From a virus (taxonomy: Duplodnaviria; Caudoviricetes): DNA of 24,168 bases. Position 1 is the first letter of the stretch, and every line of letters starts with the position of its first letter. The DNA lies in IMG/VR virus record IMGVR_UViG_3300042199_000380, positions 1-24,168 of that record. One strand, written 5' to 3'. Below, piece after piece: positions 7,955 to 15,697 of this stretch. Below the pieces are notes generated by a model. The model did not search any database, was not told the DNA's origin, and saw only the letters and a list, made by a program, of their open reading frames with translations. Position numbers and translations under genes: made by a program.

Positions 7955-8737
7955 CTACACCCCACGAATCGGCGAGCGAATCACCGGGTTCACGTCGACC
8001 GTCCGGACCTTCGTCGTCTTGTGATTTCGCGACGTCGTCAATGCATCCGCTCGAACGATGTGCGAGCCCCACTTCTTCCGAAGCAGTTCGAGTTGGCGCT
8101 TCTCCTCGTCCATGTTCCGGTAGGTCGCACACCCACCGGGCTGCGCCATCTGCAACGTCGAGTAGTAAGCACCGTTCACGCGCATGACCTTGCGGTGCGC
8201 GTTGAGCAGTTGCAGCGTGAAGTCGTAATCCTCTTTCAGCGACAGTCGCTCGTCGTACCGCAGCCGGTGTGCGACGTGGACGATGAACGGGCTGCCGATG
8301 AACGACGTGAGCGAGAACGGAGTCATCTCGCGATAGACCTGCCCGTCAGGGTTCACGTTGACGCCCCACGCGGGGCACCCCCACTCGCGACAGAGCGCCG
8401 TGTACTTCTCGACGAACGCGTAGACCTCCTCCTCCGTCTCCATCTTCACGCGCTGCAACCGCCGCCACCGATAGAGCCCCGCGAGGTCGTCGTCGATGAT
8501 GAGCACCGCGCGCCCGTCCTTCATCTCGCAGTCAAGGATGTGGTTCCGGATTCGACACACGTTCCCCTGATGCTTGGGGTCGACGCCCACGATGTCGGCC
8601 TTCGGGTTGGCCGCGCGGTACGCGTCAACCTCCGTGTTCGAGACGTAGATGCGCGTGCTCGGCAGGTACTCGAGCGTCCGCACCGCGTTCGGCCGCTTGT
8701 ACGACGGCGCACACACGACGAAGCCACGGTCGGTCAT
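7955..8737 (-). CDS. GT-A fold glycosyltransferase-like protein (GREB1/TET-associated type)
   Basis: APSYKR, RNHIL, IIDDD, KEDYDFTLQ, GGC motifs. Confidence 0.75.
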   Translation of the reverse strand: MTDRGFVVCAPSYKRPNAVRTLEYLPSTRIYVSNTEVDAYRAANPKADIVGVDPKHQGNVCRIRNHILDCEMKDGRAVLIIDDDLAGLYRWRRLQRVKMETEEEVYAFVEKYTALCREWGCPAWGVNVNPDGQVYREMTPFSLTSFIGSPFIVHVAHRLRYDERLSLKEDYDFTLQLLNAHRKVMRVNGAYYSTLQMAQPGGCATYRNMDEEKRQLELLRKKWGSHIVRADALTTSRNHKTTKVRTVDVNPVIRSPIRGV

Positions 8738-8889
8738 CGACTCGACTCCTCACTCGCGCGCAGGTCGTCCTCGAGCCGCTCGATGATGGTCCGCAACCCA
8801 TCGCGGTACGCCTCCGCCGAACACGGCACCGCGCACGCCTCGCGCGACACACTCGCCGCCATCTTCTCGAACTTCTGCCTCGTGTTCAC
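8734..8889 (-). CDS. small hypothetical protein (51 aa)
   Basis: Not in the ORF track. GTGA and ATGA overlaps with both neighbours; GGAGGAG RBS; MNTRQKFEKMAASV... Confidence 0.7.
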   Translation of the reverse strand: MNTRQKFEKMAASVSREACAVPCSAEAYRDGLRTIIERLEDDLRASEESSR

Positions 8890-9623
8890 GACTGCTCCTC
8901 CCCTCGCACGGCCTTGAGGAACGGCACGCCCTTGAACACGCGCGCCTGTCCGACCTGCGAGAACTTGCCCTCACTCCGAAGCGACTTCACCTTCGGCAAC
9001 GGATGCAACGATTGCAGGTAGAGCCAGTCGACCGGGTTCTCGAAGTAGAGCACGACGTAGTTGTGCTCCTCGAGCAGTTCCTCGGTGAACATCACCTCAG
9101 GTCGCTCGTCCTCGTCGTCGTCGCTGCCGAGCCCCGCCTTCTTCCGCAGGTCGTCGACCAACGCGCCGAGCCCGTCGCCCTCCGTGTTGATGCCTTCGAG
9201 CGCCGCGCGGAGCCTCCGCTTGTCGACCGTCGCCATCCCGCCGACCGGGTCGAACACCGCGAGCATCTTCCGCTCCTCCGCTTCGGTGAGGTTGACGTAC
9301 AACACCGGCACGCGAGGCTCGCCCATCCTGAACGCCTCCTCGACGCGCATGTGCCCATCGAGGATGTTGCCCGTGGTTCTGTTCACGACCACACGCTGCA
9401 CCCACCCGACGCTGGACAGCACCTCGCGAATCGCGTCGCGCTGCTCCGCCGAATGCACGCGCCAGTTCGACGGGTGGGCACGCAACGTCGCCGGGTCGAC
9501 CTCCGCCTCGCCCTCGATGCGCGACCGGAGCGCACCCTTCGCCGTCTCCGGCATCAGCGCCTCCGGCTGGCCCTCCTTCGCCGCCGCCTTACTTCCGCCC
9601 TTACCCTTCGACTTTGCCGCCAT
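8886..9623 (-). CDS. ParB N-terminal (ParB/Srx-like) domain protein
   Basis: HPSNWRVH...SVGWVQRVVVN...ILDGHMR; AAGGAGG RBS. Confidence 0.82.
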   Translation of the reverse strand: MAAKSKGKGGSKAAAKEGQPEALMPETAKGALRSRIEGEAEVDPATLRAHPSNWRVHSAEQRDAIREVLSSVGWVQRVVVNRTTGNILDGHMRVEEAFRMGEPRVPVLYVNLTEAEERKMLAVFDPVGGMATVDKRRLRAALEGINTEGDGLGALVDDLRKKAGLGSDDDEDERPEVMFTEELLEEHNYVVLYFENPVDWLYLQSLHPLPKVKSLRSEGKFSQVGQARVFKGVPFLKAVRGEEQS

Positions 9624-9659
9624 GCTAGCCCCTCCTTGACGCTGCCAGCCCTACTGCGA

Positions 9660-9885
9660 AGCGAAGCTCACTCGGTATGCATGTGTGACTAGCGAAACGG
9701 TGCCCGCGCCGGAACCCTCGGCGGTCGGTCCCGGAAGGACCCGAAAACGGTAACGTGTTGTGCTACAACAGGATAGCCGTGTCGCCGCATATGTTTCTCT
9801 GTTGAGCGATGACGTAACGTGTTGAGTCGCATAGACATAGGAAGGAATCGCTCTCTCCCTTCAACGCGTTGAGCCACAATGAGTT
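9660..9885 (-). other. putative cos/packaging region
   Basis: The only long, AT-richer non-coding stretch; lies upstream of the terminase operon. Contains GGGTCCT (9742-9736, identical to lambda cosQ) followed by TCCGG, with TTTCGCTA about 45 nt downstream, and several CAAnnnnTTR IHF-like boxes. Confidence 0.55.
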
Positions 9886-10090
9886 ACGAGAACTCGAGCG
9901 ACATTTGATGCAACCTGTTGGGCTTCTTAGACTTACGACGCCCTACCTCTCGACAGTGAACGCCGCACAGTCGCCCGCCCTCGACCCGATACCGACAACG
10001 ATGCGCGGGCACGATACGGGCCGCCTCGCGCCTCTCCGGCACGAACGCCACGCATCGCACCGCGTCAGGGGGTGGGGAGCCGCGTCCCAT
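9884..10090 (-). CDS. small Cys/His hypothetical protein
   Basis: RC...RC...LCGVH pattern. Confidence 0.5.
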   Translation of the reverse strand: MGRGSPPPDAVRCVAFVPERREAARIVPAHRCRYRVEGGRLCGVHCREVGRRKSKKPNRLHQMSLEFS

Positions 10091-10280
10091 GAACCGACGT
10101 CAGGTCGATGTCGATGCCCGTTCGTCTCAGCATCTCCTCACGCACAGCGCACACCACGAACTCGAACTCCTCCTTGGCCCTCGCCATCAGCACAGGGTCA
10201 GCCATCACCTCGGGGTCAAGGTCCGCGCGCATCACCGCGTTGCCCTCCACCCACTCAGCACGCACGTTCTTGAGCAGCAC
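10065..10280 (-). CDS. hypothetical protein (71 aa)
   Basis: GGAGGAGG upstream of GTG; coding-like composition. Confidence 0.65.
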   Translation of the reverse strand: MLLKNVRAEWVEGNAVMRADLDPEVMADPVLMARAKEEFEFVVCAVREEMLRRTGIDIDLTSVHGTRLPTP

Positions 10281-10533
10281 CCCTCGCCTCCTCCGCGCGC
10301 ATCCCCTCGCTGCGACAGTCGAGACACTCGAGCACGTCGCGCTCCTTGCACCACCACGCCTTGGTCCCGCGCGTCCCCGTCGTCGACCCCGGCTTCGCCT
10401 TCGCGATGAGCGTCCCGCAAAACCAACAGTAGGTCCACGCGTACACCGTGCGAATCGGCACCCACGTCTCCGACCTCACGGGTCCGCGCATCCTCGCCCA
10501 CGCCTCCGCCCACGTTCGCGGGTACGCCATCAC
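10255..10533 (-). CDS. zinc-ribbon hypothetical protein (92 aa)
   Basis: CWFC...CLDC; start overlaps the upstream stop. Confidence 0.7.
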   Translation of the reverse strand: MMAYPRTWAEAWARMRGPVRSETWVPIRTVYAWTYCWFCGTLIAKAKPGSTTGTRGTKAWWCKERDVLECLDCRSEGMRAEEARGAAQERAC

Positions 10534-10790
10534 TCACGCGCCAGCTTGAACGCCGTGAGGATGGTCCCGCATCCGAAGCAGAACACGTCGAGCCGAGCCG
10601 CCATCGGGTAGCACTCGATTCGCACCGCGTCGCACCCGCACGGGCACTCGACCTCGGTCATCAGTTCCCTGTTCGGGTCCGCGTCTCGAACCATCGAGCG
10701 CGCGACCTTCATCATGTCCGACGCCGACAGCGGCTTGTCGTGCTTGAGATACCCGTGCGCGACCGTCTCGTCGTCAGCCACGAGCCGCAT
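10530..10790 (-). CDS. zinc-ribbon hypothetical protein (86 aa)
   Basis: CPCGC...CFGC; GAAGGG upstream. Confidence 0.7.
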   Translation of the reverse strand: MRLVADDETVAHGYLKHDKPLSASDMMKVARSMVRDADPNRELMTEVECPCGCDAVRIECYPMAARLDVFCFGCGTILTAFKLARE

Positions 10791-11175
10791 CCCTTCGCGC
10801 CTGAAACGCGAGATGTTCGTCGAGCTTGAAGTCGTCGCGCGACACCGCGATGTGCCTCGGTGCTTCGATGGCGATGCGCGCGTTGTTCGCCCCCTCGAAC
10901 CCCGCCAGCACGACCGTCACCCCGCGACCGATGAGCACCGTGTCGTTCTGCGCCATCTTGAACGTGAGCCGCAGGCGCGCATCGTTCGGCCGCTCCTCCG
11001 CGCGGTACTGCTCCTCGACGTGCGTCACCATCCCCACGCCCGGACCACTCACGGCCACGTTGTTCGGAGCCTGCACCATCACCTCGGCCTCGCCGTCCTT
11101 CACCTCGAGCACCGTGAACACCACGTCACGCCCGATGTAGATGCCTCGGCCCCTACCCCTGACGATGAGCAGCAC
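10774..11175 (-). CDS. csrA: CsrA/RsmA-like translational regulator with two tandem CsrA domains
   Basis: Domain 1 MLLIVRGRGRGIYIGRDVVFTVLEVKDGEAEVMVQAPNNVAVS and domain 2 LTFKMAQNDTVLIGRGVTVVL...ARIAIEAPRHIAVSRDD both align by eye to CsrA ([23 protein letters not shown]...VRIGVNAPKEVSVHREE). Confidence 0.78.
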   Translation of the reverse strand: MLLIVRGRGRGIYIGRDVVFTVLEVKDGEAEVMVQAPNNVAVSGPGVGMVTHVEEQYRAEERPNDARLRLTFKMAQNDTVLIGRGVTVVLAGFEGANNARIAIEAPRHIAVSRDDFKLDEHLAFQARRDAARG

Positions 11176-11533
11176 TGTCCTCTCCTTCCGTGGGCTTCAA
11201 CGGCTCCAGTCGATTGAACTCGAGTCGCACGCGAACCCTGTCCCAATGCTTCGGCACGTAGGCCGGGTCGTCGAAGTGCAACACACATTCGACCCGACCA
11301 ACGTGCCCCATGATGTCATCCACCTGCTCACCGTCCGCGCTCACCACCTCCCCAATCTTACGCAGCAACGGTTGCAGCTTCCCGTCGTGTGCCTGCGACG
11401 ACGGACGCACCGCGACCACATGGTAGTCGCCGCTGGGCTCCCTGCTATAAGGCAAGGCGATGGGCGTCGCTTCGATGACAAAGAAGATGGGGTCGTCGAC
11501 GTCCTTGTAGGTCACGATTCTGGTATCGGGCAT
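11153..11533 (-). CDS. hypothetical protein (126 aa)
   Basis: AAGGA RBS; fills the gap between rtcB and csrA. Confidence 0.65.
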   Translation of the reverse strand: MPDTRIVTYKDVDDPIFFVIEATPIALPYSREPSGDYHVVAVRPSSQAHDGKLQPLLRKIGEVVSADGEQVDDIMGHVGRVECVLHFDDPAYVPKHWDRVRVRLEFNRLEPLKPTEGEDSAAHRQG

Positions 11534-11536
11534 GGC

Positions 11537-12712
11537 TCAGTCCTTGAACGGGTCGACGATGTCGCGTCCAGCCATCGCCACGCCGATAGGGTGAAGTGTC
11601 AGCACCGACATGAAGTGGTCGGTGTGTTCGCGCATGACGTCGCTCAGTCGCTTGTAAGCCTGCGGCGACTCGTCCACATCACCGCCGCGCAACTCGACGC
11701 CCACGTCCGCGACCCACTGGAGCCACTCGTCGTGTCGCACGAGTCCGGGCTCCCGCTGCTTCTTCCCGTTCTCGTCACGACGGAACCGCCCCTTGGCCGC
11801 CGTCCGCGAAATAGCGCGGCCCGCACCATGCACCGCGCTCGCGATGGTATCCGGATGCCCCGAGCCCACGATGATGTGGCTCGGCTCTCCCATGCTCGAG
11901 CCGATGAACCCGCGCTGTCCCATCGCCGCAGGCGTCGCGCCCTTACGCACGACCCACACATCCCGCCCGCCGTGCGTCTCGCGCCACGCGAAGTTGTGAT
12001 GGTTGTGGACCTCCGTCACGACCGCGCCACCGATGATGTCCGCGACCTCCTGACACACCCAGTCGCGACCCGCGTAGGCGTACTCGCCCGCGAGTTCCAT
12101 GCACTCGATGTAAGCGCGCCCGAGGTCCGAGTTGACGTCGAGCACCAGCGGCATCTCGTGGATGCCGTCCTTCGCGCCGCCCGCCTTGAGGAACCACGTC
12201 GCGGTCTTGTGACCAAGCCCACGCGAACCGAAGTGGCACCCGACCCACACGCGACGCAACGTGTCGACGAAGATGTCGACGTAGTGGTTCCCCGCGCCCA
12301 CGGTCCCGAGTTGGTTCCGCGCCATCGCCTTGAGCGGTCGCACCGCCTCGTGGTCCCACGCCGCATCCTCGAACAGCGGGTGGTCGACCTTCGTGTCGTT
12401 GTTCCGCCCCATGCCAAACGACACGCGCTCCACCACTCGGTCCATGATGCTCGCGATGTTCTTCCGCACGTCGTCGACGTCGACGTCGAGCATCACGGCC
12501 TTGTTCCCGCACCCGATGTCGAATCCGACGCCCGACGGGCTGATGTGGCCTTCGTAGGCCAACACGCCACCGATGGGCACCGAATACCCGAGGTGGTGGT
12601 CCGCCATCATCACCGCATCGACGACGCGGTCGTCCGCCGCACAGCGCCGAATCTGCTCCAACGCGCCGGGGTCCGTCTCACGACCGTACACACGCACCTT
12701 GTCCGGGTTCAT
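11537..12712 (-). CDS. rtcB: RtcB family RNA ligase
   Basis: MADHHLGYSVPIGG, GFDIGCG, GTVGAGNHY, HFGSRGLG, NHHN, RKGATPA, HGAGR, DESPQAYK motifs. Confidence 0.95.
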   Translation of the reverse strand: MNPDKVRVYGRETDPGALEQIRRCAADDRVVDAVMMADHHLGYSVPIGGVLAYEGHISPSGVGFDIGCGNKAVMLDVDVDDVRKNIASIMDRVVERVSFGMGRNNDTKVDHPLFEDAAWDHEAVRPLKAMARNQLGTVGAGNHYVDIFVDTLRRVWVGCHFGSRGLGHKTATWFLKAGGAKDGIHEMPLVLDVNSDLGRAYIECMELAGEYAYAGRDWVCQEVADIIGGAVVTEVHNHHNFAWRETHGGRDVWVVRKGATPAAMGQRGFIGSSMGEPSHIIVGSGHPDTIASAVHGAGRAISRTAAKGRFRRDENGKKQREPGLVRHDEWLQWVADVGVELRGGDVDESPQAYKRLSDVMREHTDHFMSVLTLHPIGVAMAGRDIVDPFKD

Positions 12713-13593
12713 CCCCTGCTCCCTTCACTCTGGACCCGAAGGTCCGGACCATTCGCCACGAGCACCGCCGGGTTCGACCCCGTCAGCCTCGACCACAACC
12801 GGGAACCATACCGCCCGACGAACTCCTCCGGCGAGAGATTCGTCGTCCACCACGTCGGCTGCATGAGGTTGTAACGCCTATCGACCACCACGTCGAGCAG
12901 ACTCGTCGTCCAATCCGACGCGTAGTCACCACGCACGCGCTCTGCACCGATGTCGTCGAGCACCAGCATGTCGATTCCCGACCACTCGTCCACCATACCA
13001 CCGACCGCGTCGTGTCCCTTCTCGCGCGTCGCCATGAACCGGAACTCGGCCGCGACCTCCGGCCACCGCACCCATCGCGCGAACTGCTTCTTGCACGCGA
13101 GCCCCATCACCGGCGCGCGCATCTTCCACCGCGCGACCGCGTGTCGCTTCAACAGCGCCGCCAGCGCGAACGTCTTTCCCGTCCCCGTCGCGCCCACCAG
13201 CCCGAACCCTCCGCGCGGCCGCTCGCCCCTCAGCATCGCGTCGATGCCCTCCGCGCGCGTCATCGCTCGACGCACCGACGCGGGCACCTTCTCCCACTCC
13301 GCCGTGGCCTCGCGCGGAGCCATCCCCGCGTGCAGGCACCACGCGGGCACCCACGACTCGCACGTCTCGAGCACCTGTCTCGCCTCGCGCTCGAGCCGCG
13401 TCGCCGCCTTCTCGGCCTCCTCGCACGGCGGGCACATCCCGCGCTCGACGTCCTTCGTCCGGAACTCGACGCCGCACCGCGCGCACACGACCTCCGACCA
13501 CCCGACCAGAGCGTGCCGCATCGCCTCGACCATCCCGACCGAACGCCCCGATGTTTCCCGTGGAACATCCGCCCGCCCGTCGCCGTTAGTCAT
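12709..13593 (-). CDS. DnaC/IstB-like AAA+ helicase loader
   Basis: GATGTGKT Walker A, LVLDDIGAE Walker B, TTNL, RLWSRL; N-terminal CxxC...CxxC; directly after the initiator gene. Confidence 0.88.
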   Translation of the reverse strand: MTNGDGRADVPRETSGRSVGMVEAMRHALVGWSEVVCARCGVEFRTKDVERGMCPPCEEAEKAATRLEREARQVLETCESWVPAWCLHAGMAPREATAEWEKVPASVRRAMTRAEGIDAMLRGERPRGGFGLVGATGTGKTFALAALLKRHAVARWKMRAPVMGLACKKQFARWVRWPEVAAEFRFMATREKGHDAVGGMVDEWSGIDMLVLDDIGAERVRGDYASDWTTSLLDVVVDRRYNLMQPTWWTTNLSPEEFVGRYGSRLWSRLTGSNPAVLVANGPDLRVQSEGSRG

Positions 13594-14554
13594 TGTCCCC
13601 TCCCATGTTGAGCACTCCGCCGACCTTCCCCTTGTTCCCCTCGAGGTAACGCGCGTCCGCACCCGCTCGCGCTCCGCCGCCACCCGGCCGCACCGTCCGC
13701 CCGCTATCGTCCTGCGCCTTCCCGAGCCACCGATTCACGAACGCCGCCATGCCGCGCCGCGTCTTGCCTCGCGTCGGGTTCGCCAGCAGCCACGACCGCA
13801 TCGCCGCCCACTCGCGGGTCAGGTCCACACCCGGATAGGCCGCGCGCCACGCCTCGACGTGCTCCGCCGTCGGCACCCAATCCCCACCACCGACCACCGG
13901 CAACCCCCGCAGCCCTCCCACGAGCCCCGTATACGTCGCCACAGCCCCTCCGGACCCCTTCTGCCCGTCTCGCTCCTCCGCCGGGGTCAATCGCGCCCCC
14001 ACGGTCGAGCTAGACGCCTTCCCGCTCGAATCCGACGCGGCACCGTCTCCCCGCTCGGGGCTCCCCTCCGAACGAAGTGAGGAGGGGGTATCTGTATCTG
14101 CTTCTGCTTCTGCTTCTGCCTCTGCTTGGGCGAACGACGGCGAACCGTGGCGAACAGGTGCGAACAGGTTCCCCTCCTCGGGTCGCTCCGCCCGCTTCCG
14201 CCGCATCCGCTCGCGCGCCTCCTCCCGCCGCGTCTCCTCGTCCCGACGCGCCCGGTACTTCGCGTGGTTCACGATGACCCACCCCCACGACCGGTGGGCG
14301 TCGAGCCGCACGATGCGCCGCCCGTCGTCGTCAGGCGTCCGCGACTCCGGGTCCGGAGCCTCGAGCACCGCCAACGCCTCGCGCACCTTCTCGACCGGGA
14401 TACACGACCGCCGCGCCATCGCCTCCGCCGTCATGTCGACGACGCCGTGCGCGTCCGCGTGCGCCAGCATGAACACGAACAGCGACCACGTCTCCCACCT
14501 GTTCGCGAGCGTCCCATCCCACAGGCCCGCGAACACCTTGGCGAACCCGCTCAC
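13586..14554 (-). CDS. phage replication initiator (replisome organizer)
   Basis: N-terminal wHTH-like region, NHAKYR...RERMRRKR basic helix, EAEAEA linker, C-terminal AYPGVD...WLLANP...FVNRWL domain; GTG start overlaps the upstream stop. Confidence 0.78.
   Translation of the reverse strand: MSGFAKVFAGLWDGTLANRWETWSLFVFMLAHADAHGVVDMTAEAMARRSCIPVEKVREALAVLEAPDPESRTPDDDGRRIVRLDAHRSWGWVIVNHAKYRARRDEETRREEARERMRRKRAERPEEGNLFAPVRHGSPSFAQAEAEAEAEADTDTPSSLRSEGSPERGDGAASDSSGKASSSTVGARLTPAEERDGQKGSGGAVATYTGLVGGLRGLPVVGGGDWVPTAEHVEAWRAAYPGVDLTREWAAMRSWLLANPTRGKTRRGMAAFVNRWLGKAQDDSGRTVRPGGGGARAGADARYLEGNKGKVGGVLNMGGDND
14087..14169. repeat. iteron-like repeats / candidate replication origin
   Basis: Four GCGAAC-N4 units at exact 10-bp spacing (14130-14169), next to a (TCTGCT)n hexamer run. 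Confidence 0.55.
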
Positions 14555-14760
14555 GACCGCACCACCTTTCCCGGAATCCCCGCCCGACGCATCGCGTCCG
14601 CGAGCGCGAGCATCTGCTTCTCGGTCGCCTTCGGCAGCGTGAGCTTCAACACGAGCCCATCGGCAATCCTGCTGTCGGTCGTCAACGTCATGCACCGTGC
14701 CCCGCTCAACATCCCGCGCAACGCCTTCCGAACCTTCCGCTCCCGACGCGCGCGACTCAC
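14551..14760 (-). CDS. hypothetical protein (69 aa)
   Basis: GTGA overlaps at both ends. Confidence 0.7.
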   Translation of the reverse strand: MSRARRERKVRKALRGMLSGARCMTLTTDSRIADGLVLKLTLPKATEKQMLALADAMRRAGIPGKVVRS

Positions 14761-15008
14761 GACTTCACCTCGAACTCGCGAACGACCTTCCCGCTGTAGT
14801 TAGAGACGGCTCGTCGAATCGCCTTGCGAAAATCCTCGGTCCCTTCGCACGGGCAATCCGACCAACACAACGACCCGCACTCCGGGCAAGGCATCGGGTC
14901 CGGCACGGCGTCCGGGTGTTCCTCGAGCGCGCGCTCGCGCGTCGCGTAGACGCCGAGCGTATCCTCGCCCTCGTAGGCGACCCACTTGTTAACGACGAAC
15001 ACTTTCAC
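14757..15008 (-). CDS. hypothetical protein with CPEC...CPC motif (83 aa)
   Basis: GGAGG RBS, GTGA overlap; MKVFVVNKWVAYEGEDTLGVYATRERA. Confidence 0.72.
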   Translation of the reverse strand: MKVFVVNKWVAYEGEDTLGVYATRERALEEHPDAVPDPMPCPECGSLCWSDCPCEGTEDFRKAIRRAVSNYSGKVVREFEVKS

Positions 15009-15214
15009 GACCGCACCTCCGCCCAATCGCGCACGACGTGCAGCCACGACCGCACCATCACCGCGAGCCACACCGCGAACAACAGGTTGGCCCGCTTGTG
15101 CGCCGTCGCCATCACCATGAGCACGACGACCTCCGTCGCGATGTTCTTCGCCGTCACCGTGAACGACCACACCCGATTGCCGTCGACGTCGACCCACACC
15201 TCTCGGCGCTTCAT
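15005..15214 (-). CDS. small hydrophobic hypothetical protein (69 aa)
   Basis: ATGA overlap at the start; MKRREVWVDVDG... Confidence 0.6.
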   Translation of the reverse strand: MKRREVWVDVDGNRVWSFTVTAKNIATEVVVLMVMATAHKRANLLFAVWLAVMVRSWLHVVRDWAEVRS

Positions 15215-15697
15215 CCTCGGCCCCCTTCCATGAACAGCCGCTCCCACGCCCACGGCGCGAGTCGCTTCACCTCCGACTCGAGCCACATCCGCCACGCATC
15301 ATGGTCCGGTTTCCGTCTCGTGCGCCGCAAGAAGTCCAACGCGTCGACCGCCGCATCACCACGATGCTCGCGTAGCCACTTCATCGCCCCTGTAACGTCT
15401 CGGTGCCACGACTCGCGACCGAACACATGGCACTCAGCACACGCCGCGAACGCGTTGTCGGGATACCATCGCAACGCGGGCGTGCTGCCCTGCGAATGAA
15501 TGTGGCACCACTGTAGGTCGCGCACCCGTCGACACTTCTCGCACGCCCCCTGCCAGTGCCACCCGCTGCCGTTCGCGTTCGGGACCAGCACCGCGCACCA
15601 TGACGACCGCTCGCGCGAGGGCGTCCATGCGCTCTCGCTGTCCCCGAGTCATGCCGCCACGACGCCGCGAGACGCGGCGCAGTCCCGTTCGCTTCAC
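15211..15697 (-). pseudogene. NinG/Rap-like HNH nuclease, split by a frameshift near 15592
   Basis: 5' part MKRTGLRRVSRRR...MDALARAVVMVR has an RBS and GTGA overlap. The 3' part CEKC...CHIHS...LRWYPDNAFAACAECH is in another frame with no RBS. Confidence 0.65.

Noticed and set aside
9689-9877. 62-aa minus-strand ORF in the cos-like region
   Set aside because: Atypical codon usage, no RBS, and it overlaps the repeat and palindrome cluster.
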